Source: the human T2T-CHM13v2.0 reference genome, Homo sapiens
Strand: one strand, 5' to 3'
NCBI RefSeq assembly: GCF_009914755.1
Contig: NC_060933.1
DNA length: 64,000 nt
Shown here: piece by piece, positions 33,215 to 47,300 of the stretch
Layout of the letters: each line of letters starts with the position of its first letter
Position numbering within the stretch: position 1 is the stretch's first letter
Notes under the pieces: model-generated
Seen by the model: only the letters and a program-made list of their open reading frames with translations
Told to the model about the DNA's origin: nothing
The model's database searches: none
Program-made: the position numbers and the translations under genes

Positions 33215-35426
33215 TTAACAGAGCTCAGGTAAGTTAAGGTTTTCAAGTAGAAAAAGCAACTAAGCCATGAAAAAAATGTGAATGAATTTTCTTTCCTTTC
33301 TTTGGTTGCTGAAGTTCTATTAATAGGTGTGCTGTGGATTTAAAGACCAATCCAAGACTCAATCCAGGAATACCACATACTAGAGGGCCTCATTTTTCTG
33401 TATTTCACTGGATTTTGTTTGAGTGCCTGCTGTGTGCTTGGAGGCCCATCTTTGTTTGCCCCAGGTTAGATGACCTTCCCAGCCTACTTTTGCAGGTTTT
33501 TAATTTTCCATAATTTCCTCTATGTCTTTTTATTTACCTATCAAATGAACTACAAAATGGTTTCTCAAAAATATATAGCCTTTCCTACCACTGGGCCTTT
33601 CATCATGCCACTGCTTTTATCCAAATTCTAGAAGATATTTCCCTTCTGCCTCCAATCTTCACCTATTAAAAATGAACCAATTCTTCAAAGCCATCTCCTC
33701 CTTAAAGCTTCCTTAGTTACCCTATCAGGAAGTGATTTTACTTTTAATTCATAGCACTTGGTTTGTACTAACTGCCTTGCATAGCAATTCAATATTTGTG
33801 TCTATATATTCTGTCTCCTATTAGACTGACTCTATATTCTGAGTCTTCTGTGTTGTTTAGCTTTGGATATGTAGGCAGTCAGTGAATATTTGAGTGAGTA
33901 GGTGTTCCCAGCCTTTTAATTTTCCATCTTTCAAATAGACTTTACCAGGGGCTTTTCAACTGTTACCCTCAAACTGGCTCTCTAGTTCCTTCTTAGGCTG
34001 AGCCAACCAAACCTGCACTCAGTTTCTCTCTGCAAAGCCAGGGCTTTTCTCGTCTAGCCGACATGGTGCTGTGGGATAGATTATGGAGGCAGTAAGAGAT
34101 CGTCAGTGACACATTAAAAACACAGTTATTTAATTCAAATTGAAGTGTTACATATTTTCCTGAATTTCCCTTTTTAGTTTCTAATCAGGCTTGGTGCCAG
34201 GAGGTTTACTTTTTAGGAAAACTGGAGGTGATTGCCTCTCACTACTTTTTTCTGTTTCTCTCCTTTGTCTCACTTTATTCCTTAGTATATTCTCTCTCTT
34301 GCCCTCTCCTGCTTTTCATATTCTCTTCTACTCCCAACCTCTTCTTTCCATGGATGCTTTGTTTCTTAATATTTGCCCTTTATTTCTTTAGTGTAGAAAT
34401 GTTGTTAGCCTTTAGTAAAGTTGTAGAGTATCTCTGTTTAGCCTAGCAAAATAAACAAAAAGCAGACTATTATTTAGGAGTAATAGGTCACATGCAGGGA
34501 GAAAGTAAAACCTGTGGATTTGGGTTGTGGGCTTCTAACTCTGGCTGAGCTGCCCTCTCTGGCCTCAAAAGTGATAGGATTGTCTGTCGCAGTTGCCTCC
34601 TTGGAGACTGAATCTTGTTTCTCTGGGTTATGTGCTAATACTTTTCCTGCCAGAGTTTAGTAGACCTCTGGTTTTGTCTCCTTTGTTGCCTCTGCCCCTT
34701 CATCTGTATGCATGAATAGTCCAGCACTGACTTCTACAGACTTGCTCTTTCTGTGGGTTCAGAAAGAATTAAGTCTGAGTGGCATATGGTTTTGTCTCTG
34801 GGTCCTATTTTTCTTGTCTTCAGAACAACAGATGCATCAAGGGCTAAAAACAGTGCTTCCAAAGTCTCTTTTTCTTAATATATCATCAGAATGCTTTGTA
34901 AGCAGAATGCTTTGCATCCCTCTTGTTTGCTTTTGTTTTCAAGCTTTGCTACTCCTGCCCTGGTCAGTGGACTACTTGCTCCAAATGTCAAGTATTAACT
35001 AATACTTGTTCCTGACCATTTGAACATTAGCTTCTTTCTCATGTTGATATTTTTCCTCCCGGAGTTCTAATCCCTCTCCTCTCCTTTTTTATGTTCACAT
35101 GTAACCATAAACTCAAATAGGAAAAGCTCATAAGATCATCTTACCCCTGTCTCCCATCTGTACCCACAAATGTTATTGAGAGTCCAATGCTCAGATTTTC
35201 TTCCTTACCTATAAAACCCACATGTTTGTGCTCTCTTTTAGTGGAATTCTTATCTACCAACTTGTCTAATGAAGCCAAGGGGGGTCATTTCCCTATTATC
35301 TTCAATATGGCCCCATGTTTTACAATTCTGTCTGGAATTTTCTTTTTCTAGTTCATTAACTCTTTTCTGTTTCCGCTGTATAGATGCAGGTCCTTATCTC
35401 CTGCCTGAGCAATTGTAAAAGCCTAA

Positions 35427-35798
<372 letters not shown>

Positions 35799-36860
35799 TG
35801 AGTTCATTTTGTGCTAAAAGTATCTCCATTTTGGGATGGTGAACATTCCTTTTCCTCATTGTAAGCCAAATAGGAACTTGTCAAGAAAGGACACGTGGAA
35901 CCCTGTTAATCATACACATAAGGGTATGGTGTCAGATACGACTTCCTCTCTGTAAAACAGGCTTCAAAGCACTCTTAGGTTGAGCTCCCTTTCCAAGCAC
36001 AGCGATGATTTGTAAGTGTGGTCTTTTTAGTTAACTTTAACAAAAAAACTGTAGCCAGTCAGGTGCTGGTCTGAAGGACAAATAATTCTACGAAATTGTA
36101 GTCACTGCTGTTGGATAAACTTGGCTGCATTGTCAGCAAGATCCCATTGGCAGTGCATAAGTTTTTTCTTCTCTCAGCCCATCCTCTGGATGGGAATTCT
36201 GAGCCTAGGGTGTAGGTGCTTGACAGGAATTGTTAGGAAAAGCTAACACTGCAGCAGCACAGTAAGAGTGCTGCTGTTCTCAGCTGCATCTAGAGCCTTT
36301 GACTTGATTTCCAGGCCTTGGCTTTGACCTTCCTGATTTCCAGGACCAGCTTCTGATGTTAGACCTGCTTATTTGGTTCAATCCATATGTTTAAAAGTCT
36401 GAAAACACCAAGACAACGTTAAATAAAAGTTTTGGGGTTTTTTTCCCCAAGATATGAAAAAGCTAACTTTTTTAAACCTCTGCTCCTTTCCCCTTTCTTT
36501 AATAACAGGGGACCAGACTGTATTTGTGACATTTAAAAGCAGTTTTTAATTATGGTTATGATAGTTGGAGAAGCAGAATTCCAAAGAATTCTACAGTGGG
36601 AAAATGCAACCTAGAGCTCCTCTAAGAATAAGCACTAAAATTAAACTAAGTATATATCTCATATGATAAGGAAGAGAAACTTGTGGGTATTAATTGAGAC
36701 AGTTCTGCTCATGGCTCTGAGGTCGTCACTGGGCTCATGTGAAGCTCAGCTTGCTTTTGTTCTCAAGGTCCAGACTTGTTACTACTAAGTTAGAAGCAGA
36801 AATAATTCTGAAGAACTAAATAAAGCTGGGGTGCTTTGATTGAATGTGCTTATTCCATAG

Positions 36861-37095
36861 CTTTTGAAGACCCTGATAGTGCCGTCGATGACCGAGATAG
36901 TGACTATCGCAGTGAGACCAGCAACAGCTTCCCACCTCCTTACCATACAGCTTCCCAGCCCAACGCTTCTGTGCACCAGTTCCCTGTGCCGGTGCGATCG
37001 CCACAGCAGCTGCTACTTCAAGGCAGTTCCCGGGACTCTTGTAATGAATCTATGCAAAGTTATGACCTTGATTATCCAGAGCGGCGGGCTATCAG
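36861..37095 (+). CDS. UNC13B: UNC13B internal coding exon, 235 nt ([22 protein letters not shown]...DYPERRAI), phase 1 to 2
   Basis: ttccatag| acceptor and CAG|gtgggt donor. The [20 protein letters not shown] peptide is characteristic of Munc13-1/ubMunc13-2. Confidence 0.97.
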
Positions 37096-38254
37096 GTGGG
37101 TATTGAGCACAAAGTACTTTCTCTTCCTAATATCCAGGTCTCATGATGCAACTGGCAAGAAGAATTTGGATGCTTTAACCTGAAGAGGTAGCGTAAGTGT
37201 AGCAGTATCACCGGCCAAACTACAGTCATTTTGTGTAGATTATTAGTCTTTTTTTTCTTCCACATGTTTATACATTGCCATAAGGAATTTTATGTTTATA
37301 TATTGCCATAAGGAATACTTCTCTTCATGATCAGTGATTCTCAACTGATCAGGGCGATCCCACTTGGGGTGTATCTGCCCCACTTCCTGACTCAGTGAGT
37401 TTGTTATACCCTTTGCCAAGATTAAAAACAGAAAAAATCACAGATTGGATAGTCCTTCTTGCCTAAATATTTCCCTGGGAACTTTAGAAGAAAACCAGTA
37501 TGATTTCTTATAGCAGATTCAGTATTTTTACTGGAACTTTGTTTTAATTTATTTTATTTCTTAAATATATAAAACAATTATGTGGTTAAAAAATGTCAAT
37601 ACAGCATAAAGAGTTTCCCACCCACACTTACCTTCCTCCACCCCATCTTCTTCCTGTTTCATAATTCCCTTCCTACTGTTGTTTCTTATGTATCCTTCCA
37701 TAGACTGTTGTCATATATTTATGAGTATAAAAGCAAGTACATACATATGTGCTCTCCCCTGCCCTAAGATTAAAAAAAATTTCAGACTTAAAGAAAATTT
37801 GGAGACATAATTCAATGAAAACCCATATTCATGTTGCCTAGATTTACCAGTTGTGTTAACATTTTACCACATTTACTTTATCTCATTCTCCCTAATATGT
37901 ATTCATATACACATACATTTTCTCTGAACCACTTAAAAATAAGTTGCAGATATTGTGTTACTTCATCAGAAAGTATTTCAGCATGTTACTCCTAAGAAAA
38001 AGAACTTTATCTTATATAACCTCAATATCATGATCACACTCAAGAAGTTTAATGATGCAATGTTATTACCTAATGTTTAGACCATATTTAAATTTCTCCA
38101 GTTATCTCCATAATGTTCTGTATGTATATTTGTTCCTTTCTGGTCCAGGATCCAATCCAGAACCGTGATGCATTGCATTTGGTTTTCATGTTTCCTTAGC
38201 TTCCTTTAATTTAGCAAAAATTTCATTACCTTGGTTTTTTGGTCTTTTAAGAAG

Positions 38255-40543
<2,289 letters not shown>

Positions 40544-41027
40544 TCAAATATAACTTTCAGAAAGTTAACAGCTTGGCTTCTTTTTAGACTAAAAATTTAT
40601 CAGCAAATTTCGTTTTCTTGAAATCCCTTGATATATTTTGCTGGTATACTTTAATATTGCAAATACATTCTAGATATTGGTACAACATGTTTCATTTTTT
40701 TCATTTGTTTCTTAGAAAAATAAAAGAATTCTAAAAAGCTCACCAATGAAAAATGATTGCAAGTTGAAGCATTTAAAAATTGATATTATAGCTGTTCTTT
40801 TTCTCATATGGAATAAACTATTTGACTACATTGATATAATATTTAAGAACATGTGGATTTCCTTTTCATATTTTTTTAGTCTGAATGCTTTTTATCACAT
40901 TGGCAATTTTATTGTTCTAGTCTTCTCATTGAACATGTATTAAATCTTATAACTTCTTTCTTCCTTTTCCCTGTCTCTTCCTTTTTCTTTGCTTTATTGT
41001 TCCTCCAATTTTATCCCTTCACATCAG

Positions 41028-41330
41028 ACAAGGCTCACAGGCTAAAGATGAAAAAATTAGGATTATTTCAGCTTTCTCTGATGTTGACTATGAAGAGCAA
41101 GAAGATATACATAAGGAGATAGAGGGGAAAATATCACAAGAGTTTCTAGAAAATAATAACATAAACTTGAAGGAAGCAGAGATAAAAGAAATTAGAACCC
41201 TTTCAAAAGCTGATAAATACTACAGCCAACAAAAACAACCAAAGTATAAGAACAGGAAAAAGATACCACCTCAGAGCCAACAAACAGAATTCTCTACTGA
41301 GTTTAAGGTTGAAACTTCTGTTTTCTCCAG
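41028..41330 (+). CDS. UNC13B: Candidate 303-nt in-frame cassette exon, or 5' extension of the giant exon (QGSQAKDEKIRIISAFSDVDYEEQ...ETSVFS), phase 2-2
   Basis: ~75-nt pyrimidine tract, no AG from 40921 to 41025, acatcag| acceptor, open frame continuous with the giant ORF, CAG|gtatgc donor at phase 2. Confidence 0.6.
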
Positions 41331-44300
41331 GTATGCTCAGAAATATGATACACTAGATAGAAGAAGAAAAAAGAAATCCTTATACAATCATTTTGAAGAC
41401 AGTGAAAGAAGGCAATATGGTGAGAGATCTGAAACTAAGACTAACTACAAAAGTACATATTCTAATACTGAAAATTGTACCCTTTGCCATACTGAAAAGA
41501 AACAAAATATGGGGTACCCAGTTTTGTACCCCTACAAAAATGGATTTGTGGTTAAGAGTGGCATGCAGCGCATTAAGTTGGAAAGTCATGATTATGATCT
41601 GTCCAGTTGTTTAAGGCACTGTGAAAAGTCATCTGGCTCAAACCAGCATGTCACTAATTTTACCTCATTAGATATTCTTGAAGATTCTACTAGTAGTACT
41701 TCTGATGAACTTCTGGGTTCCCCCATTTCTGATAAGCAGGAAAATTTACAGTCACCAACATGGCATTCATCCAATGTCCACCATATTGGAGATTTTCCTG
41801 AGGAATATTATGTAGCAAATTCAGCATTGCCATTACAAAGGATGAATTGTGATGCAAAAACACTTGGAGATCTGTCTGAGTGCTCTATAGAAGAGATAAC
41901 CCCTTCCTCTATTGAGGAGCCCAAGGAGGACCGTATTGATACAATGGATGAGCTTCAGTGTTTGGTAGAAACGGTGTCAGAATATTTAGCAGAGAAGGAA
42001 GAGGAGATTAATAGATTTGGTTCACTTTCAAAAACTAAAAAATCACATAAACAAAATAGTACTCTTGATGCAGAACAGAGAACGCCTGGGGATCAAATAC
42101 CACCTTTAACTATTGTCAAGAATGACAAGGACACGGCCATCTCTTTCCCTGAGTTGACTGGAGTACAATGTGCTGTTGGTTCTTTGTTTAGTTCACTCAC
42201 AGAAAAAGTGGGTTCAGGCACAAAGCATCTAACAAACTCTGTGGAAAAGTTGGTTTCCTTAGTTCCAGAAAAAACAGAAACTCTTAATCAAATAGAGGCA
42301 ATTAATTTGGGATCTAAACCCAGAGCCATGGCAGTATTGGGGAAGGATCTTTCCATGCAATCTCCATTATCCTCTCAAAAAGATGATAATGTGAATATAG
42401 ACAGACATAGAAAAACCTCTGAAAATGAGCACATGGGTAATAAAACTGGGAGTTTATACTTTCAGAATACAACAGAAAGTATTGCAAAGGACTTGGCTCC
42501 ACAGAGTCAGAGTTCAGTTATAAAGTCGGTTTTCAGCAGGTTAAATCCATTGAAGATCTTTTCAGAAAAGGAGGAAACAAAAAAAGATGATGACCAGAGT
42601 AAGCCACCAAGAAAAGAAAGCTTTGTTGAGTGTGGTTTGGAGTTAAATAAAAGGGAAGGCACTCTTGACAATTACAGTAGTAGCATCATTGCTTTAAATG
42701 GGAGTGATGAAGAAACTACGGGCTGGTTCCAGATGCCCACAAGTGAGAATTTGTTGTCCTCCCAAGTAACCAGTGAACCTTCAAACTTAGTTAGTTCTGC
42801 AAGTAAAAATGATGAGAGTCTATTGGAAGAAAAACTCTGTATAGATCTGTCTCTTTTACCAGATCAACAAAAAATATGTGCCAAAGATACTCCAGGACAT
42901 CCTTGTATAGCTGGCAGTAGAACTGCAAATAAAGAGGTATTTTCAAAGCCATTAGAGGAGGACAAAGTTACAGGTAATGATGATTTCCTTGAGCCACTCA
43001 GAAAATCATTTAGCCAGTTTTTGCTCACTTCCCCTGAGACTTGTTCAAAGGAAAGTTTGTCAGAACCTGTGAAAATTCGCCAGGTGGAGGAAGATGGTTT
43101 AGAAAGGGGCTCTAAGAAAGATGGTCATTCCTTTTCCTTTAGTGGAAAACTAAATCTTCCATTTTTTAGAAGTCTTGGTCATTCTGAAAAGCAACAGGAG
43201 TTAAAAGAGAAAGGAAGCATTTTTCCTTTGTTTAAATTTTCTTTCACTGACAGCAAGGTTACTGTTAATGACCAGAGTTTACGTGGCTCAGCAGTAACCA
43301 CTGATGAGGAGAGCAAAAAAAATTGCCATGAAGATACCAAACATAGTTCAATAAAATCTAGTTCTGTTCCAAATATTCATAGTGATCTAGGAAAATTTGA
43401 CAGTACAGAGGAATTTAAAAAGAATGACCAGATAAATTGTCCTGAAGATGCCAAACTTAATTCAATAAAATCTAGTTCAGTTCCAAATATTCATGATGAT
43501 CTAGAGAAGTTTGACAGTATAAAGGAATTTAATAAGAATGACCAAGTAAATTGTCCTGAAGATGCCAAACTTAGTTCAATAAAATCTGGTTCAGCTCCAA
43601 ATACTCAGGATAATCTAGGGAAATTTGACAGTACAGAGGAATTTAATCAGAATGACCAAATAAATAGTCCTGAAGATGCCAAATTTAATATAATAAAGTC
43701 TGATTCAGTTACAAATATTAATAATGATCTGGGGAAATTTGGGAATATAGAGGAATTAAATCCAAGTGACCACACAGCAGGACAGAATTTTGAAAGGGAT
43801 GGCTTAGCCATCCCTGGAGTTGTGCCCAAAGAACATATAACTTCAGATCCTTTAGGAGAAGATAAGAATCTTATACAAGCAGCATCTTCAGTAGCATCAG
43901 ACTCTTCATTAGAGTGTATTTCTACCACTTCCAAATCCACTTTGGTTAATGAAATTAATGAAGATGAGGTTATAGATAAGACTTCCAAGAAAAATACCCA
44001 AGGAAGCTTCCTTTCTGGCCTGTTTAATAGGTTTTCTTCTGCTGAAAATTTGTCTAGTCAAGAATTAAATTTGAAAAATGATGACTCCCATCACAAGAAT
44101 AATACCCCAGGTTTAATCTCTGGAATATTTAACCTGCTATCAAATAGCGGTATGATTGATCATAAACCAGAGGAAGCAAAGTTCATGTCTTTAGGCAACA
44201 TGAAGAGTTTGAATGGAGATAACCATTTATCCTTGGATGAGGTCCCTGCTACTTCATGTGTGACTTCTGAGAACCCGAAGAACCATGTTGAAAAACATGA

Positions 44301-47300
44301 AACTTCTAGCTTCATAGAAGCCTCCTTATTACCTAAAGAAAACATACCATTATCTGATGCTGGGGATGATAATCATTATTGTTCCCCTACAGAGAAAAAC
44401 CAGCAAAGTGAAAAGCATCACCCCTCCTCTGAGAACATTGTACTTCACTGTGCTCCAAGTGCTCAGCTAGGTTTTTTGGAGAAATCTATGGCTAAGAGGC
44501 AAATGCCAAACCATGTTCTTGAGGCAAAACTACATGAAAATTCAAACAAGTTAAATTCACCTGTACTAAATACCAACATTCTCAATAAATCAAACAACTA
44601 TCAGGCTTTTGAAGAGATGAACAGTCCTTTCTGTTTTGAATGGGACTCTGACATAAAAGATTTGTCTAAAAATTCCAGAAAACTTCAGCCAGTTTATTAT
44701 ATGTTAAATCAAAATAGATTTCTATCAGCCGATGCTTGCTTGTGGCTTGACTCAGAAAACTCAGTGATAAATTTTTGCCAAAAAGATCAAAATGCAAACA
44801 TCTTGGAGTGGAGAACAAATCCAAACAGTGTCATTTGGTGTGACTTACCATATGAATCATTCAATCAGTTAGCATTTAATGAAGATTACTTATTAAGAGG
44901 TGATGTGTGGGCAGCTAACTCATTATATGGAAACTCTGGTCCTCTTCCAATTAATGAGGCTAATAATTCACTAGAAGAATTACCCATTGACTTAAGTTCT
45001 TCATCAGATCATGAAAAGACTACATGCCCCGTAGTTGATCAAGAATCATTAAGAATGGATGAAAACTTTGTTTTTTCAAGTTTTGGTTATGAGTACCAGG
45101 AATGGTTGTCATGTCTTGAACATGGAGTGTGGTGGCCATCAGAGGATGGGGATTATGGATATTATATGTTTCATGATGGTCAATATATCTATTCTCTTCT
45201 CACTGATTCTACTGGGCAGTATGCATATTTATTTATACCTGATTCTTATCAAGAGTATTTGGATTGTGATTTACAGACAAATGGTCTATCAAGTATTACG
45301 TTGGATGACAGCATTATTTCTGCCTGTAGTTTTAAAGTACTTGATAAGGAAGATGAAATATTTTGGTATGTTGAAGAGGAACCAATTGATGACCCTCTTG
45401 ATTTATCTTTAGCTTTGCCAAGAAGTGAGGAACCATTGTATCTAAATTTAGAAACCTTTTCACAAGTACTTAAAGAGTCAAGTTGTGACCAAAGCGATCA
45501 GCCACTAGATTTTTCAGGCTATAATCGTCAAAAGTTTAAAGGAGACTTTAGATCTTTCAAAGAAAGGCCGTGTGGTTCTGAAGACGCTGAATGTACATTA
45601 GATCTCAGAAATCAGCCCCAAACTATTAGTAATCATGTCTCAAGCAGAGATCAAATTATAGAGAGAGATAAAAACCAGCCTCTAGCTGAAGATTCATCAG
45701 TTCACCTTTCCAGTTTCCATTGGCTTCAGTCTTCTGTTGAAGAAGTTACCACTTTGGTTCATCCTGAAAATATGACTAAAGGCTCACAACAAGCAGAAGA
45801 GACATCATTAGTGAACAAAGTGGCTTCAGTATTTTCTGTTTTGGGTGCCTCAGTTGGAAGTACTTTGAAGTTTGATAAGAGTGAATCCTTAGAGGCTTTG
45901 GCCATGCAGAAAGTGAATCAGCAGTCAGATTTAGCAGAGCTCACAAATGATGGCTTTCAGTCATTAATCATGAGTAAGCAATTAGAGGGTAACTCCCCAA
46001 ATGTGGAAAAAAGTCTTCTTAAGGATTCAGAAAGACAGATAGTATCCAATGTTCAGCATCCAGAATTGATCAAAAATATAAGGCAAGAATTCTCTTTAAA
46101 TAAAAACAACCATGTGAAAAAGCAAAGTTTGTTAAAATCTGGTTTCCAGGTAAGCCAAACAACTCCTCAGGCTAAATCAGGTGTAAAAGATGATGAAATC
46201 ATTACAACAGACTCTATTTCAGTTTCTCCTGCACCTCAGCATAGTGGGGATGAGCGTGAGAATTATGAGCTTCCCCAGGGCCAGTCATCCAAAGAGTCTG
46301 ATAAAACATTATTTAAAAGTTCATTGAAACTCTTCAGTCAAGAAGAATCGTCAGTTAGTATGACAGCAAATGAAAAACAGTCATCTGGATTTTTGAATCT
46401 TTTTAAGACTCAGGTGAATAAAGAAGGATCACCAAACTTAGAAAAGATTGGTGATACAAATGTCAAGATACCACCTCAAGAAAAGAAAGAATCTTCTGGT
46501 GTTTCAAATTTTTGGGGTACCCTTGGGGATTTCTTTAAAGCCAATGTATCTCCTATACAGACAACTGAAAATACGTCTGTTTCTTCAATGACTATTAAGG
46601 ATGAGGTCAGGTCAAGTCCTACTCCTATGGAGCTAGCTAGCCAGGGTGCTGGGAACTTTCCTGCTGCACCAATTTCCTCTAAAGGGAAGGCTAGAGTTAG
46701 AAGACTGAACAAACAGACTACTATCGATGACAGTAGGTTAGAGGAATCAACTAGAGGGATCCAGGGTAATGATTTGACTGAAAAAGAGGTACCATTCAGA
46801 GACCATCTAATCCAGCAGTCACCTAATTCATCTTTTTCAACAAGTAGTCTCAAAGAGTCTTCCAGGGAGTCTTCAGTAGAAACTAGTGGTGTGACTACAG
46901 TGACAGAAGTTTCAAAAAGTAATGAAATATCCTTTGATACCCTGAGCAAGAGAAATTCAAATGAACAAGATCATTTTTCTGACAAAGACTGGAGTTTCTC
47001 TATGGCTGCAACATCTTCATCTCAACCAGAGTTATCAACCAAAAAGAGTATATTTTCTTTTCTCACTGGATCTGAAAAATCTGAGAACAGAGCCTCTGCT
47101 ACTCTACCAAGAGCCAAATCTCAGGCAGAAGGGCTATTCACACTTCCTTCATTTTTTTCCACTGCTAGCTCAAGCATTAAGAAGGATGCCTCTCATAGTA
47201 GTTCTACTTTTAGTTTCTTCAGCTTGTCCTTTTTGGATCAAAAAAAGGAGACCTCTGGGGAAAAACAAAGCATTTCAACTGTTGTTCCAGTGACCTCCCA

